Origin: Pseudomonadota bacterium
GTDB taxonomy: Bacteria > Pseudomonadota > Alphaproteobacteria > Sphingomonadales > Sphingomonadaceae
Length of the DNA stretch: 64,000 bases
Assembly (NCBI GenBank): GCA_046733175.1
Contig: JBKPOO010000027.1
Coordinates: 2,583-66,582 of the forward strand
Direction of reading: 5' to 3'
In this document: positions 32,013-42,969 of the stretch, piece by piece
Layout: every line of letters starts with the position of its first letter
Numbering within the stretch: position 1 is the first letter of the stretch
The notes under the pieces: model-generated
Seen by the model: the letters and a program-made list of their open reading frames with translations, nothing else
Databases searched by the model: none
Told to the model about the DNA's origin: nothing
Position numbers and translations under genes: made by a program

Positions 32013-33863
32013 ATGACGCGTTTCTTGTGCCTTGCAGCGGCTGTGGCCTTGGTCGCAGCACCAAGTACGGGCCAATCTAATAGTTCGGCCACGCCAAGCG
32101 TCGCCGACCTGAGCGGTCTCTGGGGTGCCAAGAAATGGTTCGGCCCGGACGTTCGCGGTCAGCTCATCGTCGAACGCGTTGGCGGCCACCTTCGCGCTGA
32201 CGTCGCCGGCCGCAGCGCGCTTGTGACGCAAAAGGGACAAGAGCTGGCGTTCGATCTCCCCGGAAACGAGGGGAGCTTCAGGGGCCGCTTCGAAGGAACG
32301 AATGTGATTCGCGGCCACTGGATGCGCCCGCCTGACGCCATCTCGTTCGGCCAGACCGCCTTCCCAGTTGTGCTGAAAGCGATCGGACCGGGACGCTGGT
32401 CCGGGACAGTCGATCCGGGCGAGGAGGAATTTTCCTTTTACATTTTCGCTCGCCGAAATGCCGACGGCTCCTATGCCGCGGTGCTCCGGAATCCGGAATT
32501 CGACCTCGGCAATCAGCTAAAAGTGGACCGCCTCGTGCGCGATGGGGATACTCTGCGGTTGACCGGCAAGCGCGGCGAGACCGAAAGGATCGTAGCAGCG
32601 GGCGGGATAGCGCCCGGAGCAGATCGGTTTTCGCTATTTTTCGACGGCCGTGGCGGCACCTACGACTTCGCGCGCGATGATGGCGCTAGCCTCGTCTATC
32701 CACGTCCGCGGCCGGGAGAGCCCTATCGATATTCCGAGCCGCCGTTCCTAAATGACGGTTGGCCGACCTCGACCCTCAAGGCCGAAGCCATCGACCAGCC
32801 TGCGATGGAGCGGCTCGTCCAGTCCTTCATCGACATGAAGATGGACGAACCCGACGCACCGGAAATCCATGCTCTCCTGATCGCCCGCCACGGACGCCTG
32901 GTGCTCGAAGAATATTTTCACGGCTTCTCGCGCGACAAGCTTCACAATCTGCGGTCGGCGGGAAAGAGCGTTTCGGGGGCGGTGATTGGCGCGGCCATGC
33001 ACGCGGGCGCTCCGCTGCGGCTCGACAGCAGGGTGTATCAGGTGATGAACGGCGGGACTTTCCCGGCGGGCCTGGAACCGCGCAAGCGAGCAATGACGCT
33101 CGAAAACCTGCTGACCATGTCGTCGGGTCACTATTGCGACGACACGGACGACAAGGCTCCGGGCAATGAGGACTATATCAACGACGACCTTCAGCCACCC
33201 AACATCCTGCAATATTTCATGTCGGTGCCGATGGTGACGGACCCCGGAACCAACAGCGTCTACTGCAGCATGCAACCGCACCTCGCGCTCGCCATGCTGG
33301 CCGAGGCGACGCATGAATCGCCGCTGCGCATTTTCGACCGCCTGATCGCCCGGCCGATGCAGATTGCCGACTATGCATGGCCGCTCGATGCCAACGGCCG
33401 GCCCTATGGCGGCGGCAGCGTCTCGCTTCGCGCCCGCGATTTCATGAAATTCGGGGAATTGATGCGGAACGGCGGAACCTGGCACGGGCGCCGCATCCTC
33501 GACGCGAGCTACGCGAAGGCGATCGCCACTCCGCAATATCACCTGCGCAACATCACCTACACCTATCTGTGGTGGGCCGAAGATTATCCGTACAAGGACC
33601 GCAAGGTGTTCGGCTATTCCGCGCGCGGCGCCGGGGGCCAGATGATCTTCGTCATCCCGGAGCTCGACCTCGTCGTGACCGCCATGGGCGGCAATTACTC
33701 AAATCGCCGCGGCGGGCGCTATCTCAACAACTTCATCGCGACGTCGATCCTGCCCGCGGTTCGCGAGGCCGGGGACGATCCGAACGCGCCAGTCAACATT
33801 CTCGACTGGGTATCGCCCTACGGAGCGTCGAAGGACGGCAGCCGCATCTCGGCGCCACGCTAA
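32013..33863 (+). CDS. secreted serine hydrolase: beta-lactamase/DD-peptidase fold with an unassigned N-terminal region, paralogue 2
   Basis: 616-aa ORF with a signal peptide and SxxK = SAGKS. It is colinear with paralogue 1 over its full length (LSGLWGAKKWFGPDVRGQLIVE vs LNGLWRAIQRFGPDERGPLIIE). Confidence 0.8.
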   Translation: MTRFLCLAAAVALVAAPSTGQSNSSATPSVADLSGLWGAKKWFGPDVRGQLIVERVGGHLRADVAGRSALVTQKGQELAFDLPGNEGSFRGRFEGTNVIRGHWMRPPDAISFGQTAFPVVLKAIGPGRWSGTVDPGEEEFSFYIFARRNADGSYAAVLRNPEFDLGNQLKVDRLVRDGDTLRLTGKRGETERIVAAGGIAPGADRFSLFFDGRGGTYDFARDDGASLVYPRPRPGEPYRYSEPPFLNDGWPTSTLKAEAIDQPAMERLVQSFIDMKMDEPDAPEIHALLIARHGRLVLEEYFHGFSRDKLHNLRSAGKSVSGAVIGAAMHAGAPLRLDSRVYQVMNGGTFPAGLEPRKRAMTLENLLTMSSGHYCDDTDDKAPGNEDYINDDLQPPNILQYFMSVPMVTDPGTNSVYCSMQPHLALAMLAEATHESPLRIFDRLIARPMQIADYAWPLDANGRPYGGGSVSLRARDFMKFGELMRNGGTWHGRRILDASYAKAIATPQYHLRNITYTYLWWAEDYPYKDRKVFGYSARGAGGQMIFVIPELDLVVTAMGGNYSNRRGGRYLNNFIATSILPAVREAGDDPNAPVNILDWVSPYGASKDGSRISAPR

Positions 33864-34873
33864 TTGCTCGCTGTTTTCGTCCGCTTTTGGCTATCTTCCA
33901 GCAGCGCAGCGCGGGCCGCCGCATGAAGGCGCGCGAGATCGACGGTCGATAGATCGTTCACGCTGCTTAGCTGCAATCGTTTCACCATCTCGGACAGCAC
34001 GGCGCGATTGGCGTAACTGTGCGGTGAGCCCGGATCGGTACCCTGGTCGTCGACGAACCTGCTCAGGACCTTCGCCCTGGTCGTATGTGCAAAAGCGAGC
34101 TCGACCAACTTCGCGCGATATTCCAGCTCCCACGGCTTCAAATCCTTGAAGCGCGACTTGTCCGAAAAATGCTGGGTTTCATGCCCAAGGAAACTGACCT
34201 TGAACTCTTCATCCTCGAGGTTCTCGTAGCGCGGGACAACCGCGAAGAGCGCGTCTTCGGTGGCCCAGCCGCCGGTCGCGGCTCGCCCGCAAGTCGCGTA
34301 ATGCGACCAGCCGAAGCTCTTGAATTCATCCAGATATTCCACCTTCGCCTGATATTGGCCGTCCGGAAGGTCCACGGGAACGAGCTTCTCGTCCTGCTTG
34401 CGCCAGATCATCAGCTCCCGAAGCAATCCTGTTCGACCTTGGAGCGAATGAACTCCCTCCTTCGTCAAGGCGTTGGAAAGAAGCGGCTCCAGCGCATCCA
34501 AATTCGTGTTCTTCGGAGCGCGCAGAAGTTTCCGCAATTCCGTTTCCAGCCGCTTCTCTTCGGCCTCACGGCGTTCCGGATGGGTCATCGCCGTGTGCCA
34601 ATAGTCGCGATAGATCGCCAGCACTCGATCGGCGAGACTTCCGGTCGCGGCTCGAGCCGAGTGGCTGTTCGGACCAAAGCGTTCGCGCATGCATGTCGCC
34701 GCCGCCTGATCCCTCGCCGACAACCCGGAGAGATCGACGCCATTGAGCGCGGCGAGCGCTCTGATCTCGTCCGCCTGGAGAGCCGCGCCCATCGCGCTCG
34801 AAAACCTTTCCTTGGCGTCAGGACCGGGCGTCGCCGCCAAGGCCGCCGCCATCATTATAATTCTAGGGGGCAT
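33860..34873 (-). CDS. hypothetical protein with an HExxH motif (putative zincin)
   Basis: 337-aa ORF with GGAG 7 nt before the ATG. The motif is FLGHETQHF, with acidic residues downstream (PWELEYRAK). The N-terminal signal-like segment is weak. Confidence 0.6.
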   Translation of the reverse strand: MPPRIIMMAAALAATPGPDAKERFSSAMGAALQADEIRALAALNGVDLSGLSARDQAAATCMRERFGPNSHSARAATGSLADRVLAIYRDYWHTAMTHPERREAEEKRLETELRKLLRAPKNTNLDALEPLLSNALTKEGVHSLQGRTGLLRELMIWRKQDEKLVPVDLPDGQYQAKVEYLDEFKSFGWSHYATCGRAATGGWATEDALFAVVPRYENLEDEEFKVSFLGHETQHFSDKSRFKDLKPWELEYRAKLVELAFAHTTRAKVLSRFVDDQGTDPGSPHSYANRAVLSEMVKRLQLSSVNDLSTVDLARLHAAARAALLEDSQKRTKTASN

Positions 34874-34904
34874 GCAGAGCTCCGATCGTCAGCTAGGCGA
34901 CCGG

Positions 34905-35630
34905 TTAAGTGAAAATGCCTCCGCCGTTCTTGAATGGAATTAACTTTCGCCGCCAGAAACCGGGCGGCCGGCCAGTCAGGTGGGCAATTTCGCGGGTCAT
35001 GTGCGGCTGGTCGGCGAAGCGGCAATCTACAGCGATGGAAGCCAGCGCAGCATCGCTCCCGCAAACCATCGCTAAAGCGCGGCGCGCTCTCGCCTCGGCA
35101 CGAAACGCGGCGGGAGTAACCCCATAGGCGACGCGAAAACGCCGGCTCAACGTCTCCGGTGCAAGGCCGTTCGACTGCGCCCAAGAGTGAAGCGGCCCGC
35201 AATCCCGGTTAAGGTCGCTCGCGAGCTGATCGGGCCAATCATTGGCCGGAATGACGTCGCCCATTGGGACAAGCGACATGGCCGCAGCGAACGCATCGCG
35301 CTCGGCGAGGCGGACAAGCGAGTCCAGATCCGCAATCTTGAAAGCGGCGGGTAAGGCGGTGTCCAACGGAAGTGGAAGATTGAGGATTTCAGCGCCTCGG
35401 GCGCCGACATGATCCAGGTGCGCATCGAATTCGCGATGAACCGCGACGTCGCCGGCCGCGAGGTCGAAACGGCCAGCGAGACCGGCCTCATGATAGCCGC
35501 CCGACAACACCACTGCGATATAGCCTCCGCCATGGCGGTGCCTCGGGATGCTGATTCCTGGCCCAAGCTTTTCCCGTCCAGGGTGATGCGAGCGCAACTG
35601 GGGCGACGGCCTGATCATCCCCGCAATCAT
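34905..35630 (-). CDS. AraC-family transcriptional regulator (cupin + HTH), paralogue 2
   Basis: 241-aa ORF. Its cupin region (IPRHRHGGGYIAVVLSGGY) and HTH (FADQPHMTREIAHLTGRPPGFWRR) are colinear with paralogue 1. Confidence 0.9.
   Translation of the reverse strand: MIAGMIRPSPQLRSHHPGREKLGPGISIPRHRHGGGYIAVVLSGGYHEAGLAGRFDLAAGDVAVHREFDAHLDHVGARGAEILNLPLPLDTALPAAFKIADLDSLVRLAERDAFAAAMSLVPMGDVIPANDWPDQLASDLNRDCGPLHSWAQSNGLAPETLSRRFRVAYGVTPAAFRAEARARRALAMVCGSDAALASIAVDCRFADQPHMTREIAHLTGRPPGFWRRKLIPFKNGGGIFT
34925..34943 (-). promoter_or_regulatory. degenerate third copy of the 19-nt box (TTAATTCCATTCAAGAACG)
   Basis: It matches copy 2 at 14 of 19 positions. It lies in the position homologous to copy 1 relative to the AraC C-terminus (just after the RR codons) and 51 nt upstream of the HExxH gene ATG. 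On its own this match could be chance. Confidence 0.3.
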
Positions 35631-35677
35631 ATGCCGCGGGCGGTTCGGTCGCCATCACGATCTAAGGTCTGGAGGAC

Positions 35678-36235
35678 TTAGAGTTGCTGGGCCTCGCTCA
35701 GGATCAGCGGCTCTTCGCGCTCCCGTCGATTGTCGCGCTTTTCGCCGAGCCCCCGCGCATCCGCCAATTTGCGGCGCTCCATGTGGTTCGTCTCCGCGAG
35801 CCGCAGCTCTTCGATGGTCGGCCACAGCTGTCTCAAGCTATGAGGGAGCGCGTCGCAGACCTTGCGGATCTGCCCTTCGGAGACGTGCCGCGAGAGAATT
35901 CCGAACACGCAACGGATCGCTTGCTCGGCATTGATCGGCCGGCCGCCGCTGAGAGCCTCCGCGACCTCGGCGACGAACCCATCCCGGCTCTTACGTTCGC
36001 CCGTACGTCCAGGCTCGAACTGGTCGTAATAGATTCCGCGGATCATCAGCGGCAGCTGAGCTCCGAGATGTGCCGCAAGCGGCAGCGGCAACCGGTCGCG
36101 GAGCTTGTGAAGCACGACCGAAAGCACCTTCCAGGCAATATGCTTGTCGGGCCCAAGCTCGCTGCAGATCTCGTTCAGCCAGATGTGGGTTGTCTCCAGA
36201 GTCCGATCGAAGACGTCCAGTCCGTTCGCGCTCAT
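35678..36235 (-). CDS. DUF2267-family protein
   Basis: ORF 35678..36295(-). M21 (MSANGLDVFDRTLETTHIWLNEI...) is preferred as the start. The sequence includes LSVVLHKLRDRLPLPLAAHLGAQLPLMIRGIYY. Confidence 0.65.
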   Translation of the reverse strand: MSANGLDVFDRTLETTHIWLNEICSELGPDKHIAWKVLSVVLHKLRDRLPLPLAAHLGAQLPLMIRGIYYDQFEPGRTGERKSRDGFVAEVAEALSGGRPINAEQAIRCVFGILSRHVSEGQIRKVCDALPHSLRQLWPTIEELRLAETNHMERRKLADARGLGEKRDNRREREEPLILSEAQQL

Positions 36236-36410
36236 TGCTCCACTCCCGAGTCCTGAATCCGCGCACCGACCCGCGAACGAACCGGCGATGCTCATCGTTC
36301 CAATAAAACAGCCGTGGGCGAGCGACGGGAGCGCGCTCGCATTGCCTTCGGAACAAAGCGCTCCCGTGGCTGGTATCTGCAGCCTAACAGGATGATTTAA
36401 CTATGAAAAA

Positions 36411-36485
36411 TGGTGGGCGTGGCAAGGATTGAACTTGCGACCCCTGCGATGTCAACACAGTGCTCTACCACTGAGCTACACGCCC
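36411..36485 (-). tRNA. tRNA-Val (anticodon GAC), CCA encoded
   Basis: Hand-folded cloverleaf: acceptor GGGCGTG/CACGCCC, D arm GCTC-AGTGGTA-GAGC, anticodon arm CTGTG-TTGACAT-CGCAG, T arm GCAAG-TTCAATC-CTTGC, then discriminator A and CCA. Confidence 0.9.
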
Positions 36486-36568
36486 ACTCTATCAGGGCAT
36501 TTAGGGTTCGGATTTAGAAGGCGCAACCCGCAGAGATCGGCATCTTGCAACCGACCCGGCACCTTCGC

Positions 36569-36946
36569 TTAGAGCCGGCCGTGCTGGTCCTCGGTCTGGA
36601 AGATCCGGTCGACCTCCAGGACCAAGTCCTTGAGGTGGAACGGCTTGGACAGGAGCTTCGCCTCCGGCGCGGTTCGTCCGGCCTGCAGCGCGACCGCCGC
36701 GAAGCCCGTAATGAACATGACCCGGATGTTGGGGTCGATCGCGCTCGCCTTCTGGGCAAGCTCGATCCCGTCCATTTCAGGCATGACGATGTCGGTCAGC
36801 AGCAGGTCGTACTGCTCGCTTTCCAGCAACGGCATCGCTTCGGTGCCGCAACCGACCGCGGAGACCTCATAGCCGACACGCTGCAGCGCGCGCTGCAGAT
36901 ATTCGCGCATCGACGTATCGTCTTCTGCAAGAAGGATTCTCGCCAT
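36569..36946 (-). CDS. cpdR: single-domain response regulator CpdR
   Basis: 125-aa ORF. The sequence MARILLAEDD...LLLTDIVMPEMDGIELA...VMFITGFAAVAL...LSKPFHLKDLV closely matches the CpdR signature. Confidence 0.85.
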   Translation of the reverse strand: MARILLAEDDTSMREYLQRALQRVGYEVSAVGCGTEAMPLLESEQYDLLLTDIVMPEMDGIELAQKASAIDPNIRVMFITGFAAVALQAGRTAPEAKLLSKPFHLKDLVLEVDRIFQTEDQHGRL

Positions 36947-37051
36947 GGGGGTGGACTATGCGCTGAACCAATCCGTTTTGCCAGAAGCGAATATCGGTCT
37001 CACGCGTTGCAGCGCCTCCATGTTCGTCTTACTTTGGTACAGAAATTAACC

Positions 37052-37891
37052 GTGACGCCGCTCGCCCCTCCAATCGTCCACCAGCCCCGCGGTGACCTCC
37101 CGGTGCTTCTGTCGGTGCCGCATTCGGGCCGCGATTATCCCGATTGGCTTGTCGGCATGGCATCGTCTGGCCGCGCGTCGCTGGTGAACCTGGAGGACCC
37201 GCTGGTCGACCGGCTTGTCTGGAGGGCCGTCGGCCGAGGTGTCGCGGCGGTGATCGCGCGGGCTCCGCGAGCAGCCATCGATTGCAATCGGGCGGAGGAT
37301 GAAATCGATCCGGCGGTGATCGAAGGCGGACGTCGCGACCGTCTGACGGCTCGTGCCCGTGGCGGCCTGGGCATTATTCCTGGCCGCACCCCTCAACACG
37401 GTTATCTATGGCGAAGGCCGGTCACGCACCGGCAGCTCACTAATCGACTGGAACAAGCCCATCGACCTTATCATGCGGCGCTGGCCGAGCTCCTCGATGT
37501 CATTTTCGACCGCTTCGGCTGCGCTTTGTTGCTGGACTGCCATTCGATGCCCCCGCCCCCGGCCGGGATCCCACCAATCGTATTTGGAGATTGTCGACAG
37601 CGGACAGCCGAGTCTTGGGTGAGCGCGGAAGCTATGCAGATTGCTCGGGATTGCGGCTTCGGAGCAGGGCTGAATGATCCGTTCGCCGGCGGTCACATCA
37701 TCGAACGCCATTCCGATCCGCGACGCGCCGTCCATGCCTTGCAGATCGAGATCGATCGCCGGGCCTATCTCGATGCGTCATTGCGTAAGCCGGGTCCGGG
37801 CTTCGATCGAATGGCCGGCTTCATTGAGACCCTGGCGGTGCGCCTCGGCGACGCCCTCCTGGGGCGCCGCTTCGCGACGGCGGCCGAATAA
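37052..37891 (+). CDS. N-formylglutamate amidohydrolase family protein
   Basis: C-terminal part of ORF 36545..37891(+) from GTG 37052; TTG 37034 is also possible. The sequence has LLSVPHSGRDYP...AIDCNR...LLDCHSMP. The upstream part of the ORF is antisense to cpdR. Confidence 0.75.
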   Translation: MTPLAPPIVHQPRGDLPVLLSVPHSGRDYPDWLVGMASSGRASLVNLEDPLVDRLVWRAVGRGVAAVIARAPRAAIDCNRAEDEIDPAVIEGGRRDRLTARARGGLGIIPGRTPQHGYLWRRPVTHRQLTNRLEQAHRPYHAALAELLDVIFDRFGCALLLDCHSMPPPPAGIPPIVFGDCRQRTAESWVSAEAMQIARDCGFGAGLNDPFAGGHIIERHSDPRRAVHALQIEIDRRAYLDASLRKPGPGFDRMAGFIETLAVRLGDALLGRRFATAAE

Positions 37892-37893
37892 TC

Positions 37894-38002
37894 CTTCGAT
37901 ACGCGGCTTCGACAAGCTCAGCCGCTACTCAGGATGAGCGGAACAAACAAAACCCGCTCATGCTGAGTAGGCATTGAGCGAAGCCGAAATGCCGTATCGA
38001 AG
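37894..38002. repeat. nested-palindrome intergenic repeat, copy B
   Basis: The outer stem pairs CTTCGATACG with CGTATCGAAG. The inner blocks are ACTCAGGATGAGCGG and CCGCTCATGCTGAGT. It shares blocks with copy A (TCGACA.GCTCAGC, CTCAGGATGAGCGG, CCGCTCATGCTGAG, TGAGCG, TCGAAGCAC). Confidence 0.75.
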
Positions 38003-38012
38003 CACCCAGCGC

Positions 38013-38804
38013 TTAAGCGTCAGCCGACGCGGGCATCGGAACCTGCTGCGGCGCCTTGCCCTGTCCGAGCTGGCGGGCGAAGACTTCGCGCATCTGCGCC
38101 AGCGAAAAGAGATGGGCGTAGAGCAGAGGCAACATGCCGTTTTGGTTCATCTTGCGCAGTTCATCCCCACGCATCTCGCGCAGCTTCTCCTCGTCGATCA
38201 TCTGGAAGCCGCGATAGATGAAGGGCTGCTGATATCCTTCGGGCTGGATCGCCACCTCGCCGTCCATCAGCAGGCCGGACTTCTTCACGTCCTCCATGAA
38301 GGCGGTGGTGCGTTGACCGGCGGTTTCGAACTGTTCGCAAAATTCCAGGATCGCCTTGGTCGCCTCGCTGGGGTCGTCGCCATCGAAGAGGGGCTGGCCC
38401 TCGGGGAAGTCGCCGACTGCCTCCGACGTGGGGTCGAAGCACAACGACAGTTCGTCCGTCTCCTGATTGAGCTTGGCGAGCAGGAACGGATAGCGACGGA
38501 TATAGGCCGGAATGTACGTCGCCGTGTCCATCGGACGGCCGTCCTGGTCGAGAAAGACGTTGATCCCTTCGTTGAGTCCCATCAGCGCGATCGGGATGGG
38601 ATTTTCGCCGATTGAAAAGACGATCGGATAATGCCGCTGCGCGAGCCCGAACTCGTCGACGGTGATCGGAATTGCGTGCGTCTGCGCGATGAAGGGCGAC
38701 TTTTCGACCTGGCGGATCTTCAAATTGCCGTGCTGAGTCACGTTGAGAGGCACGATTTCTTTGTAGAACAAAGGCAAATTCTGGTTCGGCGCGGCGCTCG
38801 CCAT
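38013..38804 (-). CDS. SapC-family protein
   Basis: ORF 38013..38942(-) trimmed to ATG 38804 (SD GGAGAG). The sequence has LFYKEIVPLNVTQHGNLKI...HYPIVF...YIPAYIRRYPF. Confidence 0.75.
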   Translation of the reverse strand: MASAAPNQNLPLFYKEIVPLNVTQHGNLKIRQVEKSPFIAQTHAIPITVDEFGLAQRHYPIVFSIGENPIPIALMGLNEGINVFLDQDGRPMDTATYIPAYIRRYPFLLAKLNQETDELSLCFDPTSEAVGDFPEGQPLFDGDDPSEATKAILEFCEQFETAGQRTTAFMEDVKKSGLLMDGEVAIQPEGYQQPFIYRGFQMIDEEKLREMRGDELRKMNQNGMLPLLYAHLFSLAQMREVFARQLGQGKAPQQVPMPASADA

Positions 38805-39000
38805 TGTGATGTCTCTCCTGGGGTCCGGCCTTACGGCCTCTCTCCTCAAGGCCCGCCGGTTGGCTCTGGCGGCGGCCTCTATTGGCCTAACGACGATTAA
38901 GCAAGCGGCGGGGCTGAAAGTGCCGGCGTTAACTCCGCGCACAATTCATTGATTGTTCAAGCCCTCCCTGCGAAGCCGGTTGCCGGGAGAGTGGGGAACG

Positions 39001-39429
39001 GTGACTCCGGCGATATTCGATCTGCTACCTTTGCTGCTTGGCATTTTCGCCTGGCAGCCGAGCCAGGCGAACGTTTCACGCCTGGTGGTCCAGGATGAGG
39101 TAATCCTGCGCGTCCCGGTTCAACCACACCCCATTGCCCCACAGTTCGACTGGAAAGAGAAAAAGGGACCGAAATGCATTCCGGCGGGGGCGATCCGCCG
39201 CCTTTCGCTGTCGGGCGATGAGCAGGTCGACTTCATTCTGTCAGGCGGAGGCCGGGTCCGCGCCCAGTTCGACGAGAGCTGTCCCGCGCTCGATTTCTAC
39301 GGCGGCGCATACCTCCAGTACGGCCGCGACGAGCAGATTTGCGCGCACCGCGACGCAGTCATGTCGCGGATCGGAGGAAGCTGCACGATCGAGCGGTTCC
39401 GGCTTCTGATTCCAAAGTTCAAACATTGA
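39001..39429 (+). CDS. secreted hypothetical protein (4 Cys)
   Basis: ORF 38953..39429(+) with the start at GTG 39001, after GGGGAA. The signal peptide is VTPAIFDLLPLLLGIFAWQPSQA/N. Confidence 0.5.
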   Translation: MTPAIFDLLPLLLGIFAWQPSQANVSRLVVQDEVILRVPVQPHPIAPQFDWKEKKGPKCIPAGAIRRLSLSGDEQVDFILSGGGRVRAQFDESCPALDFYGGAYLQYGRDEQICAHRDAVMSRIGGSCTIERFRLLIPKFKH

Positions 39430-39506
39430 CTTTTCCGCGGCCGCGCGCTTAGCCGCACGCTCCGCGTGCGCATCGGGCCGCGCTGCGTTTAACTTCCGGA
39501 ACTTGA

Positions 39507-40850
39507 ATGACTTTCGCCGATCTCGGCCTTTCCGACGAATTGCTCCGCGCCGTTGAGGACAGCGGCTATCCCGAACCTACGCCGATTCAGCGCGCGGCGA
39601 TCCCGTCAGTCCTGATGGGGAAGGACCTGGTTGGAATCGCGCAGACCGGAACCGGCAAGACCGCGGGCTTCGTCCTGCCGATGCTCGACATCCTGCATCA
39701 TGGCCGAAGCCGCGCCCGGATGCCGAGATCGCTGATCCTCGAGCCCACGCGTGAGCTCGCGATGCAGGTCGCCGACAATTTCGACAAATATGGAAAGTAC
39801 CATCCGCTCTCCATGGCGCTGCTGATGGGTGGCGTTCAGATGGGCGACCAGGTGAAGGCTCTCGAAAAAGGCGTCGACGTGCTGATCGCGACTCCGGGCC
39901 GCCTGATGGACCTGTTCAGTCGCGGCAAGATCATGCTCAACGATTGCAACTTGCTCGTGATCGACGAAGCCGACCGGATGCTCGACATGGGTTTCATCCC
40001 GGACATCGAGGAGATTTGTTCGAAACTTCCCAAGAGCCGCCAGACCCTCCTCTTTTCGGCCACCATGCCTCCGCCGATCCAGAAACTCGCCGCGAAATTC
40101 CTGAAGGATCCGAAGCGGGTCGAGGTCGCGAGACCGGCGACCGCGAACGTCAATATCGAGCAACGGCTCGTCCAGGTGAAAGCCGACAGGAAGAAGGATG
40201 CGCTGAAGGACCTCCTGCGCTCGGACGAGTTCAAAAACGCAATCGTCTTCTGCAACCGGAAGACGACCGTGCGCGAGCTTGCGACGAGTCTAAGGCGCTC
40301 GCAGTTCGCCGTCGGCCAGATTCAGGGCGACATGGAGCAGGCCGAGCGCATCGCCGAGTTCGAACGCTTCAAGAAAGACGAGATCAACATCCTTGTCGCT
40401 TCGGACGTCGCCGCGCGCGGCCTGGACGTGAAGGGCGTCAGTCACGTCATCAACTTCGACGTACCGTGGCAGCCAGACGATTATGTCCATCGCATCGGCC
40501 GAACCGGCCGCGCTGGCGCTAAGGGCATCGCGATAACGCTGGCGACGCCCGCAGATGCGGAACTGGTCGAGCGGATCGAGAGACTTACCGGGCAGAAAAT
40601 TCCCCGCTCGTCATCGGCCCCGGATGAAATCCGCGATCGCAAGCCGGACTCCAGGCCTGAACCAAAAGCCAAGCCGGAGCCCAAGCGATCTTTGAAGCCG
40701 GAGAGGTCCGGGAAGTCGAACAAGTCGGACAAGTCGGAAAAGCCAGAAAAGCCCGAGCGGCGCCGCGACGAGCGCAGTATCATCGTCGAGGACATGAAAG
40801 CCGACTGGAATGGGCCACTTCCCGGTTTTCTTTCGGTGAGTGCCGACTAG
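39507..40850 (+). CDS. DEAD-box ATP-dependent RNA helicase (RhlE-like) with a basic low-complexity tail
   Basis: 447-aa ORF with the Q-motif region, AQTGTGKT, DEAD (VIDEADRM), SAT and HRIGRTGRAG. The tail reads KPEPKRSLKPERSGKSNKSDKSEKPEKPERRR. Confidence 0.92.
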   Translation: MTFADLGLSDELLRAVEDSGYPEPTPIQRAAIPSVLMGKDLVGIAQTGTGKTAGFVLPMLDILHHGRSRARMPRSLILEPTRELAMQVADNFDKYGKYHPLSMALLMGGVQMGDQVKALEKGVDVLIATPGRLMDLFSRGKIMLNDCNLLVIDEADRMLDMGFIPDIEEICSKLPKSRQTLLFSATMPPPIQKLAAKFLKDPKRVEVARPATANVNIEQRLVQVKADRKKDALKDLLRSDEFKNAIVFCNRKTTVRELATSLRRSQFAVGQIQGDMEQAERIAEFERFKKDEINILVASDVAARGLDVKGVSHVINFDVPWQPDDYVHRIGRTGRAGAKGIAITLATPADAELVERIERLTGQKIPRSSSAPDEIRDRKPDSRPEPKAKPEPKRSLKPERSGKSNKSDKSEKPEKPERRRDERSIIVEDMKADWNGPLPGFLSVSAD

Positions 40851-40924
40851 GCACATTTCTGACACTGGAAAGCACGCTCAGCCGTTCCTAGGTCCTCACC
40901 GGGCTGGCAAACGAAGGAAGCGTG

Positions 40925-42969
<2,045 letters not shown>

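Noticed and set aside
29181-36485. The idea that the AraC/hydrolase block is a genomic island integrated at tRNA-Val, since it lies on the 3' side of the tRNA.
   Set aside because: I could find no integrase gene and no direct repeat of the tRNA 3' end to the left. The G+C of the block looks native. I kept it only as a context remark.
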